Below are positions 36,187 to 45,833 of a stretch of 64,000 nt of DNA, piece after piece. Below the pieces are notes generated by a model. That model saw nothing but the letters and a program-made list of their open reading frames with translations, was not told the origin of the DNA and did not search any database. Source of the stretch: Planctomycetota bacterium (GTDB lineage Bacteria > Planctomycetota > Phycisphaerae > Sedimentisphaerales > Anaerobacaceae); contig JAUWIG010000043.1 of assembly GCA_030605475.1 (NCBI GenBank), forward strand, positions 20,405 to 84,404, read 5' to 3'. Position 1 is the first letter of the stretch; each line of letters starts with the position of its first letter. A program made the translations under genes and the position numbers.

Positions 36187-39100
36187 GTGGTTAAGGCCGA
36201 GGGGACGTGGGGGTCCTTTGCGCCTATGCTGGCGGCTCACATCTCTAAAGAACTCGGCAGGCCGATTTTATACATCTCCCCGTACATCGACGATACCGAC
36301 AGGGTCGCCGATGATTTACTTGTATTTGGGGGCGAAAGAATCGAAGCTTTACCTGCATGGGAGGGCACCGAAGATTTGGCCGACGCCACCGATGAAATCA
36401 GGGCTGAAAGGTTAAGGGTCACGTTGAAAACACTTTCGCACGGGGACAAATTTATTGTCCCGGCACCGATACAGGCACTTTGTCAGCCGATACCAAAGCC
36501 GGAGATTCTGGAAGAGAGCTGCCTGCGATTGCAGGTCGAAAAAACAGTCTCACCCGAAGCGATAGTTAGATGGCTGGTTGATAACGGCTTTGAGCGAGTG
36601 GATAGAATCGACCTGCCCGGCCAGTTTGCGCGTCGCGGTGGAATCGTTGACATTTACGCACCGCTGAGCATCGGAAAAATCCTGTCAGACGACCACCAGC
36701 CGGGCCCCTCCGGCCAGGGCGGTGAGGCGGTCAGGATTGAATTTTTCGGCGACACCATAGAGAGTATCCGCCAAATCAATCTGGATACGCAGCGCTCGAC
36801 CCGGCAGATAGAAAGCATCGGAATAGTTTCGGCGGTGTGCGGGGGCACAACGGAAGAGAGGGAGCTTTTCATAAATATCCTGCCGGCCGATACCATAATT
36901 GTTCTTGAAGAGCCGGTTGACATTGAGGAAGTTGCGAAGGTGTTTCGGGAACGTATCGAGGATGCAGGTCGCCTTTATAACTGGGCCGATATTTATGCGG
37001 CTGCAAGGAAATTTACGCAGCTCCACATTTGCAGATTTGCCGCTTCGGCACCAGGTGATTTTCTTAAGCTGAATATAAAAAGCGCCCAGCGGTTCCAGCA
37101 CAGGGCCGCTTCTTTATGGGCGGGACATAAGGAGGCTTTGGAGCAGTTAGTTCAGGAAGCAGAGCAGGGAAAGACGGTTCATCTTTACTGCGAAAGCCCG
37201 GCTGAAATCAAGCGACTCGGCGAGATTGCAGCAGAGAGCAGCAAAAAGCTGCTGGCAAATTTCAAATTGCTGTTAGGCTTTATTCATCAGGGCTTTGTCA
37301 TAGATTCGCTAAATACAATTGTAATAAGTCATCACGAGTTGTTTGGCCAGTATGTGCTCAGAAGAAGGCAGCGGCCGGTCCGGCCCACCTCGCCGGTGGA
37401 TACCCTCGCCGATTTGCAGCCCGGCGACTATGTTGTCCATATCTCCTACGGCATCGGAAAGTTTTTAGGGATAAAAACCATACAAGAAAAGGGGGCACAG
37501 AGTGAGTATCTTACGATTGAATATGCCGACGGCGTAAAAATCCAGGTATCGGCACGCAATATCGCGCTGGTGCAAAAGTTCATAGGGACAAGTCCGAAAC
37601 GACCGAAGTTGAGCAAGGTAGGCTCAAAAAGGTGGCAGAGGCAGAAGGAAAAGGTTGCAAATGCTGTTCGGGACCTTGCCGACGAACTGCTTGAAATTCA
37701 GGCCAAACGCCAGAGTATGAGCGGCATTGCCTTCGGGGCCGACTCGAGCTGGCAGGCCGAATTCGAAGAATCATTCCCTTACCAGGAAACAGCGGACCAG
37801 ACCACAGCCGCAGAGCAAATCAAGACAGATATGAAAGAAGCTGTGGCGATGGATAGACTGCTCTGTGGCGATGTCGGCTACGGCAAAACAGAGATTGCAA
37901 TGCGCGCGGCCTTCAAGGCGGTTGAAAACGGAAAGCAGGTCGCTATCTTAGTGCCGACAACGGTGTTGTGTGTGCAGCACGGAAGGACTTTCACAGAACG
38001 GTTTGCCGATTTCCCGATTTGTATCGAGGTTCTAAACCGGTTCAGGACGGCAAAGCAGGCAGCCGATATCATCAAACGGACAAAACAGGGGCGGGTTGAC
38101 ATACTGATAGGGACGCATCGGCTCCTGAGCGGCGACGTGGGCTTTAAGGATTTGGGCCTTTTAATAATCGACGAAGAGCAGCGTTTTGGCGTTGAGCACA
38201 AAGAGAAACTCAAAAAGTTGCGCGTCGATGTCGATGTTCTTACAATGACGGCCACGCCGATTCCACGGACATTGCATATGTCACTATTGGGGCTGCGCGA
38301 TATAAGTTCGTTAGGGACTCCGCCATTGGACAGGAGAAGTATAGTAACAACGGTAACGGCCTACAACTCCGAGCTTATCAGAAAAGAGATAATTCGTGAA
38401 TTGAACCGACAGGGACAGGTGTTTTTCGTGCACAACAGGGTCAAGACGATTGAAAAGAAGGCCTGGGAAGTTCAAAAACTCGTTGGTGACGCAAAGGTTG
38501 CCATCGCGCACGGCCGGATGGCAAAGAGCGAGCTCGAAAAAGCGATGATAGATTTTGTGATGGGCAAAACCGACGTGCTTGTCTGCACCACGATTATCGA
38601 ATCGGGCCTGGACATTCCGAACGCAAATACGATTTTTATAGACAGTGCCGACAGGTTCGGCCTCGCAGAGCTCCATCAGCTTCGCGGAAGGGTCGGCAGG
38701 TATAAGCATCGGGCCTATGCATATATGATGCTGCCGGCCTCAAGGTCGATTACACCGGTGGCGGCCAGACGCCTAAAGGCCATTGAAGAGTATTCGCATT
38801 TAGGTGCCGGTTTTAGAATTGCTCTAAGGGATTTGGAAATCCGAGGGGCGGGCAACATATTAGGAGCTGAGCAGTCAGGCCATATTCAGCTGGTGGGCTA
38901 TCAGATGTATTGCGATTTATTGGGTGATGCCGTTAGAAAATTAAAGAATCAGCCCATCGAGCCGATACCGACAGCGAGTTTGGATTTAGGTTTTGCCACA
39001 TATATACCCAAAAATTACATACCGTCCGACAGGCACCGGATGGACGTTTACCGCAAAATTGCCGTTGCGAGAACAGGCGACGACTTAAAACAGGTCGCCG

Positions 39101-39399
39101 CCGAGTTGGCCGATGTATATGGCACGGTGCCGGATGAGGTCGAGCTGCTGATGGAATTGGCTCACCTGCGAATCGAGGCAGGCAGGTGGGACATAAAAAG
39201 TATCGTTGCCTCGGGCCAGGATTTGGTCTTTTCATTTGCAAAAGACGCAGGCGGCAAAGCTGATTCTTTATTTGCGACAGCGGCGGGCAAGGCAAGGTTC
39301 GCCGACTACAAGACAGCGTATTTGCGTTTGCCGAAGAATTATTTCGAGCCGAGAACACTCATAACCGTCTTGCAAAAAATTTTCAACACGACTTCATAG
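36187..39399 (+). CDS. mfd: transcription-repair coupling factor
   Basis: DVGYGKTEIAMRAAF (Walker A), LLIIDEEQRFGV (DEEQ), the TRG/RIG region and a helicase C-terminal block. The start is uncertain. GTG 36187 lies just after the palindromic element, and TTG 36046 is the ORF-track alternative. Confidence 0.85.
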   Translation: MVKAEGTWGSFAPMLAAHISKELGRPILYISPYIDDTDRVADDLLVFGGERIEALPAWEGTEDLADATDEIRAERLRVTLKTLSHGDKFIVPAPIQALCQPIPKPEILEESCLRLQVEKTVSPEAIVRWLVDNGFERVDRIDLPGQFARRGGIVDIYAPLSIGKILSDDHQPGPSGQGGEAVRIEFFGDTIESIRQINLDTQRSTRQIESIGIVSAVCGGTTEERELFINILPADTIIVLEEPVDIEEVAKVFRERIEDAGRLYNWADIYAAARKFTQLHICRFAASAPGDFLKLNIKSAQRFQHRAASLWAGHKEALEQLVQEAEQGKTVHLYCESPAEIKRLGEIAAESSKKLLANFKLLLGFIHQGFVIDSLNTIVISHHELFGQYVLRRRQRPVRPTSPVDTLADLQPGDYVVHISYGIGKFLGIKTIQEKGAQSEYLTIEYADGVKIQVSARNIALVQKFIGTSPKRPKLSKVGSKRWQRQKEKVANAVRDLADELLEIQAKRQSMSGIAFGADSSWQAEFEESFPYQETADQTTAAEQIKTDMKEAVAMDRLLCGDVGYGKTEIAMRAAFKAVENGKQVAILVPTTVLCVQHGRTFTERFADFPICIEVLNRFRTAKQAADIIKRTKQGRVDILIGTHRLLSGDVGFKDLGLLIIDEEQRFGVEHKEKLKKLRVDVDVLTMTATPIPRTLHMSLLGLRDISSLGTPPLDRRSIVTTVTAYNSELIRKEIIRELNRQGQVFFVHNRVKTIEKKAWEVQKLVGDAKVAIAHGRMAKSELEKAMIDFVMGKTDVLVCTTIIESGLDIPNANTIFIDSADRFGLAELHQLRGRVGRYKHRAYAYMMLPASRSITPVAARRLKAIEEYSHLGAGFRIALRDLEIRGAGNILGAEQSGHIQLVGYQMYCDLLGDAVRKLKNQPIEPIPTASLDLGFATYIPKNYIPSDRHRMDVYRKIAVARTGDDLKQVAAELADVYGTVPDEVELLMELAHLRIEAGRWDIKSIVASGQDLVFSFAKDAGGKADSLFATAAGKARFADYKTAYLRLPKNYFEPRTLITVLQKIFNTTS

Positions 39400-39410
39400 A
39401 AACATAGGTG

Positions 39411-42400
39411 TTACGGCCTCAACTTAAAGCTGTTCACAATCGAGTCAAATTCATCCTTATTGGATTCAAACTCGTCTTTTTCAATTCGGAACACGAACCA
39501 GTAGACCATCGATTTGCCGAGCAGATAAGTGCGATACTCAACCATTGCTTTTCCTTTATACAAATAGTCAGCGGCGTATTGCGCCGCGGCCAAGCCACCA
39601 ATCTCGGCCTGAGTCCAACTGTCTGCCCGCACAGCGTAATCCTTGAAGTAACCTTTGAGAATCTCCACATCCGCTTCTGCTATTTGAAGAACGGAGCTAA
39701 CCTGGGAAGCTCTCTCATTACATAATAGCATTACATCAGCTTTTAACTCCGGTGCCAGCAGCTTCAACATAAATTTATATCTCCCCACAGATGTGCTTTT
39801 GTAGCAGTGCCAGTCGGCGGGTATTGTGATAGACAGATTCAGCCCTTCATCGCTGATATTTTGCGGCCTGTTCTGTTTAACACCTACTTCCGCCAATTCC
39901 ATTATTGCCGCGCCTGAATCGTATTTAACCAGATACTGATGTTCGTCTGCCGAGAACCACAATTTATGTTCAAGGGCCTTGATAGTCCCGGAGTACGCCG
40001 CGAGAGTGGTTTTGTAACAGTCGAAGGTCCCCGCGGGGGCGGTCAATTTCTCTTTGCCCGCAACCTGAATCACACTATCGACAACCGTACCTCCCTGCAC
40101 ACTGAAAATAGGAAATTTTGCCTGGTAACCTTCTTTCAAAGGCAGCCGCCTGATAAGATAAATAGCCTGTTCATTATCATACACCACGTCCTCAATCTCA
40201 ATTTCCCGGACTGTTTCTTTGTCACCAGCAGCAAAGGTAAGCTCGACTTTGTCCGGCCTATACTTGGCCTTGAAATCACCCAATTGATTTTTGGTTCTGC
40301 CGGTTATCGGTGTGAAACTATCACGTTCAGCCTCAACGCGGGTAAACTGCTGCATATTATTGATTGGAACGGCCATGTATGACTCCACTCGCCACGCTTT
40401 TTTTTCGGCAGCCATAACCGACTCAGCGGTATAGATAATCGTGCCAATCTCCATACCGACCATAGTATTCAGGTTCAGCCGCATTACTTCACCGTCAACC
40501 CACGGCGCAGCGTTAAGATGCAAATCGGCAGTCTTCGTTGATACGGCTTGCTTGCTCTGTTCGGAACGAGAATTTATTTTCCTTGCATAAGCCAGCATAT
40601 CTTCTGGTATCGCTGTGGGTTTCCCATCGACATTTTTGGTAGCGAATACAATTACATATTCCCGTGCCGGCACTCTCGCCGTCGTCTGAAAGTTTTTATG
40701 ACTTGGCCCGTTGATGCCTATCAAATATGCTTTGCCCGGCTTCAGCTTAACCGGCATAGAACACGTCATATTGCTACTGTCATAGTAAATTGGGCCTTTT
40801 CTTTCTGGAAACGTATCGCCCCCGCCGGTCCACGACCAGCTGCCGTCCATCATCGGCTGGTCGAACGTAACCGTAATTCTTTTCAGGCTTGGCGGGACAT
40901 CATCAGCAAAGGCCGCAGGAATTGTACTTACCACAACAGGGGCCCTGCGGCCACGGCGAGCAGGTTTGGCTGGTTTGGTGAATTCGGCGGCATGTATAAT
41001 CTCGTCGGAAAGCCACTTTGACTGCTTGTCATTCTGTTCTGGCACCGCTTTTTCAACCTCAACCTGAACTTCGGATGTCTCCGGCTCACCGTACATTATC
41101 TTCAATTTCCCCATCTGTGATTTGATAGTATTAAGCATCTGCTTTCTCTCATCTCTTATATTTGCTCGCTGTTTATACTTTACGCGGGCCAAATCAAGCT
41201 CTCTCTTTTGTGCCACCGCTCCCTCTCGCATCTCTTCTAATTCTTTCAGCTTACTTCGCAGCACAATCAAACTCTCTCGTGCTTTTTTAAGGTTCTCTTG
41301 TCCTTTAGGACTCACTACCTGCTTCTCAAGATTTTTTATCTTGGGTTGGAGCTGTGCTATTTCCAGAACACAATCGTCTCTCTCTTGTTCCAAACGCATC
41401 AATCTTGAGGTGACCGGATGCGGATAACTATGCTCTTCAAGGTCGGTGAAACCAAATCTCGCACGAACCTCATCCAGTGCCCTCTCAGCTGAGTCCAAAT
41501 CTCTTTGAACACGCGCTCGCTGGTTTTGAAGATTTTCCAGCTTCGCAGCAATCTCCGCCTGCCTTGCACTTACATCCGCCCGACCCCTTTCGGGCTCCTC
41601 AGGTGTTGCTGCTTTCCCGGCCTTCTCTTCTGGTGTGAGTCCCGCACCAACCTGCACATCCGTCTTCACCCCCGGCTTTAGCGATACATTCTTAAACTCA
41701 ACCCACTCATAAGGCCGGGTCTGGAACTGAAACTCCTTGATTTGCTTCAGGCCAAGGTTTTTAAAGTGGGCTACTGTCTGACGCATTTTACCTACACCAA
41801 CCCAGGGCTTAGAGACAGCCCCAAGTACATTACCCTCAGCATCAACCGCAGCGATACGGTGCTCGAGCTCATTAAGGTCATCCGAAACAGTTATCTTTAC
41901 TCCTTTGTCTGATTCATAAGCTTCCGAAAACATCACAGCGCCCTGCTTGCGTCCTGTACCCATAATTCCTCTGCCGCTATGTGCAGCTTCGTTCTGCCAC
42001 GGCCCGCTCGCTACAGCCAAACGCAAAGTAGCACCTACTTTTTGCTCGTCAATACTAGCTTGAATCGCCTGCATACCCTTGACCTCGCGGCCTTGTTCAT
42101 CTATCACTTTTCCTTGAGCCAAGCATCTTGTATCCTGAGTCTGGCCCCACTTAAAGTTCAAATCTGTAGGCCCGTCAATTCGCACCACGAATGCGTAAGG
42201 TTTGCCTCTAAATGCATCCTCTATGTCACATGCTAACCTGCCATAAATCTTTATACCCATAGTTTCCTTAAGCAGTGAACCATCCGGCCGCCACCACTTC
42301 TTGCCTTCACTCGGATGTTCACAAACCCCAACCAGCTCAACTGTAACGCCGTTAGACAGCGTCGCTGTAAATTGTGATTGCTTTGGTGTATCATCTTCAG

Positions 42401-43529
42401 CAGCGACTTCCTTCTTGGCTGCCGCCGCCATCGGCAACAATACGCAGCCTGCGACAAAAACCACAATCAATCCAAGAATCCCAAGCTTTGCACTTTTCGG
42501 CATCGGCCGATTCAACATATGTTTAATCCTGACTTTTAACGTGCTTTTCGATTCCACAACGCCTATCAATCGCAAACTTAAAGCTGGCCGCTTAAATGCC
42601 AGCTTCGCCACGTCCACCAGCGTCTGCGGATACTGCCGTGCCTTCTCACCCATCGCCACGAGCACCATCTCATCAACTGCCTGCTCACGTACCCTGCGGA
42701 TTATCGAGTTTGCAAGCCAGAGCAGCGGATTATAGAAATAGGCAATCTGCAAAACAGTCTGCGCCAAATTGACCCACAAATCGCCTCGCTTGATATGAGC
42801 AAGCTCATGCAGCAAAACACTTCGCAGATGACTTGACCCTAAGCTCGGCCCTAAATCCGAAGGTACCAAAATCACAGGACTAAATAATCCACACACCGCC
42901 GGACTCGTCGCGTTCGCTGAAACCTTTAGCCGAACTTTACTCTTAATCCCCATCTGCCCACAGCAGAACTTAAGTGTGTCATTCATTAAACCATTTGCGT
43001 TCTTGGCTTGTGCAACAAGCCCACTTACAAACATCGCCCGCTGCAGCAGCAATAACCCCATCACTATAACGACACCTAACCAGACCAAAAACACAGCCCC
43101 TTGCCACGTTACCGGCCTCACTGATGCCGCCAGCCGAGCAATATCTTCTGCCGCTACCGGCTCAACATCCATCGTTGTCGACGCCGCTGATGGTGCTGCG
43201 CTTGCCACTTCGGTAGGCGCAACTTTTGCCATTTGCCGCATCACCGCCACTTCTACCGTAGCGGCCGTATCACTTATCTTTATACTCTGTAGTTCAGCGC
43301 CAAACCAGTATCCCAGACTCATAGGTGATGACAGCGAGGTCGGCAAAACCAGCTTTACCAGCACCAGCATCCATATACAGTACCGAAACACAGCACGCAC
43401 TTTTTTCCGCAGTACGAAATCCACCAGCAATAGAATTAATATCAGCACGCTCGACTGCACCAGCATCGGCAGGGCAAATTCCACAAACGCATATCCTGCC
43501 GAATTAATCTGCTCTAATATCGTATTCAT
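39411..43529 (-). CDS. BlaR1/MecR1-like M56 peptidase sensor with about 1000-aa extracytoplasmic extension
   Basis: N-terminal multi-TM M56 domain with HELAHIKRGD. An additional TM segment is followed by a long region including a coiled-coil stretch (AEIAAKLENLQNQRARVQRDLDSAERALDEV) and beta-rich modules. The start is at ATG 43529, preceded by GGAGG. It lies immediately downstream of blaI. Confidence 0.8.
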   Translation of the reverse strand: MNTILEQINSAGYAFVEFALPMLVQSSVLILILLLVDFVLRKKVRAVFRYCIWMLVLVKLVLPTSLSSPMSLGYWFGAELQSIKISDTAATVEVAVMRQMAKVAPTEVASAAPSAASTTMDVEPVAAEDIARLAASVRPVTWQGAVFLVWLGVVIVMGLLLLQRAMFVSGLVAQAKNANGLMNDTLKFCCGQMGIKSKVRLKVSANATSPAVCGLFSPVILVPSDLGPSLGSSHLRSVLLHELAHIKRGDLWVNLAQTVLQIAYFYNPLLWLANSIIRRVREQAVDEMVLVAMGEKARQYPQTLVDVAKLAFKRPALSLRLIGVVESKSTLKVRIKHMLNRPMPKSAKLGILGLIVVFVAGCVLLPMAAAAKKEVAAEDDTPKQSQFTATLSNGVTVELVGVCEHPSEGKKWWRPDGSLLKETMGIKIYGRLACDIEDAFRGKPYAFVVRIDGPTDLNFKWGQTQDTRCLAQGKVIDEQGREVKGMQAIQASIDEQKVGATLRLAVASGPWQNEAAHSGRGIMGTGRKQGAVMFSEAYESDKGVKITVSDDLNELEHRIAAVDAEGNVLGAVSKPWVGVGKMRQTVAHFKNLGLKQIKEFQFQTRPYEWVEFKNVSLKPGVKTDVQVGAGLTPEEKAGKAATPEEPERGRADVSARQAEIAAKLENLQNQRARVQRDLDSAERALDEVRARFGFTDLEEHSYPHPVTSRLMRLEQERDDCVLEIAQLQPKIKNLEKQVVSPKGQENLKKARESLIVLRSKLKELEEMREGAVAQKRELDLARVKYKQRANIRDERKQMLNTIKSQMGKLKIMYGEPETSEVQVEVEKAVPEQNDKQSKWLSDEIIHAAEFTKPAKPARRGRRAPVVVSTIPAAFADDVPPSLKRITVTFDQPMMDGSWSWTGGGDTFPERKGPIYYDSSNMTCSMPVKLKPGKAYLIGINGPSHKNFQTTARVPAREYVIVFATKNVDGKPTAIPEDMLAYARKINSRSEQSKQAVSTKTADLHLNAAPWVDGEVMRLNLNTMVGMEIGTIIYTAESVMAAEKKAWRVESYMAVPINNMQQFTRVEAERDSFTPITGRTKNQLGDFKAKYRPDKVELTFAAGDKETVREIEIEDVVYDNEQAIYLIRRLPLKEGYQAKFPIFSVQGGTVVDSVIQVAGKEKLTAPAGTFDCYKTTLAAYSGTIKALEHKLWFSADEHQYLVKYDSGAAIMELAEVGVKQNRPQNISDEGLNLSITIPADWHCYKSTSVGRYKFMLKLLAPELKADVMLLCNERASQVSSVLQIAEADVEILKGYFKDYAVRADSWTQAEIGGLAAAQYAADYLYKGKAMVEYRTYLLGKSMVYWFVFRIEKDEFESNKDEFDSIVNSFKLRP

Positions 43530-43624
43530 AACGAGTCCTCCATTTATTAAGACCACGTTCTCTTTTACTTCTTTCTGCGTTTTCTTTTAATCATCATTCC
43601 CAGCTCACTTAAACGAACAAAGTT

Positions 43625-43649
43625 GTCATTACCGCGCAAGCGGGAATCC
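43625..43649. repeat. REP-like hairpin module (CCGCG-CAA-GCGGG core)
   Basis: gtcattaccgcgcaagcgggaatcc, between blaI and the blaR1-like gene. Confidence 0.6.
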
Positions 43650-43656
43650 ACTGTCC

Positions 43657-44058
43657 TTATTTTTTTCTCTTGTCACCCCCTCTACTTCTCTTTTTCCTGA
43701 TTATCACTTCCAGCTCACTTAACTGTTTTTGCGATAGATTATTGTTATCGAGCAGAAATTGCATCATTGGCGTAAGGGCACCATCGAATGCCCTTTTTAC
43801 TGTCCGCATAATTTCGCCCTTTTGCGCCTCTTGTTTTGTGATAGTTGAGCGGTACAGAATAAGGTTACGGATTCGCTCTGTCCCGAGCAGCCCTTTGGCC
43901 GTCATCCGGTCCATGATTGTCTTGACGGTGCTGTAGGTCCACCCCTTTGTGGCCTCTAGCGCCTCCTGGATGGTCGGGGCTGCGCACGGCTCGTTGTCCC
44001 AGACCGCCCTGACAATCGCCCATTCAGCCTCGGTAAGTTCATAGTGTTTCTTTGCCAT
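43657..44058 (-). CDS. blaI: BlaI/MecI/CopY family transcriptional repressor
   Basis: LTEAEWAIVRAVWD and wHTH block KGWTYSTVKTIMDRMTAKGLL. It lies upstream of the M56 sensor gene. Confidence 0.85.
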   Translation of the reverse strand: MAKKHYELTEAEWAIVRAVWDNEPCAAPTIQEALEATKGWTYSTVKTIMDRMTAKGLLGTERIRNLILYRSTITKQEAQKGEIMRTVKRAFDGALTPMMQFLLDNNNLSQKQLSELEVIIRKKRSRGGDKRKK

Positions 44059-44215
44059 AATAACCTCCTTTTCCTTTAACTATGTCAATATTACTCTACA
44101 GTTGTAGAGATTACAAGAAAAAAATAAAAATTTTTTAATTTTTTTTTGCTCTGTTATCTCCCAGGAAGCTTACCCTTAGCCTCACAGCAGAAAACCCGGT
44201 TGTCGTTATTTTTAG

Positions 44216-44243
44216 CCCCGCAATTTGTTGCGGGGTTATTTTA
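44216..44243 (+). terminator. orphan rho-independent terminator-like hairpin
   Basis: CCCCGCAA-TTTG-TTGCGGGG followed by TTATTTTAT. No annotated plus-strand gene lies upstream. Confidence 0.45.
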
Positions 44244-44269
44244 TAATCTCAAACTGACCGATTCGTACC

Positions 44270-44312
44270 GTCATCCCTGCGAAAGCAGATGTAGGGTGGG
44301 GCTTGCCCCACC
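44270..44312 (+). repeat. composite REP-like module (GTCATCCCTGCGAAAGCAG plus GGTGGGGC-TT-GCCCCACC palindrome)
   Basis: The same two-part architecture occurs in inverted orientation at 48850-48903. The palindrome half occurs alone at 35962-35980. Confidence 0.65.
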
Positions 44313-44951
44313 ATCAGCATCTTTTCACCCATCCCCGCTACGGCGACGCATACGAAATCCGCACACTTGGACTTGAGCCAAGTCCTGAGCCAAGTCCTGA
44401 GCGCAGCCAGCACTGTTTACCATGAGCGAGCTTAGTGAGTCGAATGGAGCGAAGCCTGCACTGAGTGCCGAAGTGTCGAAGGAGCAGCCGAAGGCTCTCA
44501 AAAATCGTCAATAGTAAATAGCCAATAGTAAATTGAAAATGCCTCCATCCTCCGTCATCCGTCGTCTGTCGTCCCTCCTCCATCCTTCGTCTCCTACTCT
44601 CTGCGTCCTCTGTGTGCTCAGTGGCAAAGATTTCGACAAATCATATCCGCAATACCCAGTCCTCACATCGAGCCTTGTCCGCCGTAGGCGGAATCCAGCA
44701 TCCCGCAACTCGCATCCCCGTCAAAATAAAAAATTCCCACCTTCGACATTCGATATTCCTTGTTCGATATTTGATATTCCCTTCCCTCCTCCGTCGTCCA
44801 TCATCCCTCGCCCGCAACCCGTAACGAGTTTACCCTGAGTGAAAGAGTTTACCCTGAACCAAAGCGAAGGGAAGGGCAACCCGCAACAACAACTACCAAC
44901 CGAAGCAGAGCAAAGTCCTGAGCGAAGCGCAGCGTAGTCGAAGGGTTGCCC

Positions 44952-45098
44952 AGTGCGCGCAAAAAAGCGCACTTTTTCGCATTTTTTTGCACTTTCTTGC
45001 ACTTTTTTGCATTTTCCTGCAATTTCTTGCAATTTTTACTCACTTTTTTGCAATTTCCTGCAGTTTCCTGCAGTTTTTTAAACGCCACTTGCGCAAAT
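44952..45098 (+). repeat. hairpin plus degenerate tandem array (core TTKCWTGCA), copy 2 of 2
   Basis: GTGCGC-gcaaaaaa-GCGCAC followed by tttttgca/ttcttgca/ttttgca/ttcctgca/ttcttgca/tttactca/ttttgca/ttcctgca/ttcctgca units, ending in cacttgcgcaaat. It is homologous to 6548-6700. Confidence 0.8.
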
Positions 45099-45269
45099 GA
45101 TTGAATTTTCCCTCTCCTATTCCACCCAAAATCCCCACATTATCAACACCTACCAACAGCCGGATTTAACATTTTCGAAGGTTCTAAAAATCCCTCACAT
45201 TCACAGCCCCAAGCAGAAAAGCGGTTCGCTTTTGCGTAAAATCCCCCCTATCAATCCAAAATCCCTGAA

Positions 45270-45312
45270 ACAAAATAAAAAAGCCAGATTCTAAATACAA
45301 CAGAATCTGGCT
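45270..45312 (-). terminator. rho-independent terminator (minus strand)
   Basis: 11-bp perfect stem AGCCAGATTCT / AGAATCTGGCT with a 9-nt loop, followed on the minus strand by TTTTTTATTTTG. Confidence 0.6.
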
Positions 45313-45629
45313 TCGGAGGAGGGTGATGAAAAGCTAAATATAGACTAATCGCTTTCAAAAAAGCGACTGTTCGCTTTTAACTGTCCTTAATTGTGTAATC
45401 GAACAAACGGCAAAAATTTCTTTAAGAAAAATTTGCAAAACTTTACACTTTTTTTGTGGAAAATCAAACCTCTAATCGTAAAAATCTAAATTTTTTTGCT
45501 ATTTTCCCACAAAATAGCCGAATCTGGCCCCAAAAGCCACGTTATTTTACGCTCGATAAACCACCTGTGTTCTCATATTTTAACCAATAACCTGTTATTT
45601 CTTTTTATTTACTCTTCAGAAAGGCTGAT

Positions 45630-45816
45630 ATGGATACCAAAATTACGATTGCAGACTTGCTGTCAGCCAAGCGCCAAAATCGCAAAATTGTTGCGGTTAG
45701 CTGCTACGACTATATCACAGCCCAGCTTGTTTCGCAGACCGATGTACAGATGATATTGGTGGGTGATTCCGCTGCCCAGGTTGTGCTGGGCTTTGAATCG
45801 ACGCTGCCGGCGACGG
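45630..45816 (+). pseudogene. panB: 5' fragment of panB (3-methyl-2-oxobutanoate hydroxymethyltransferase), about 62 codons only
   Basis: KITIADLLSAKRQNRKIVAVSCYDYITAQLVSQTDVQMILVGDSAAQVVLGFESTLPAT matches the PanB N-terminus. Similarity stops about 18 nt before the convergent asnA stop codon. The rest of the ORF is antisense to asnA. Confidence 0.7.
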
Positions 45817-45833
45817 CTAAACATAACGACTGT

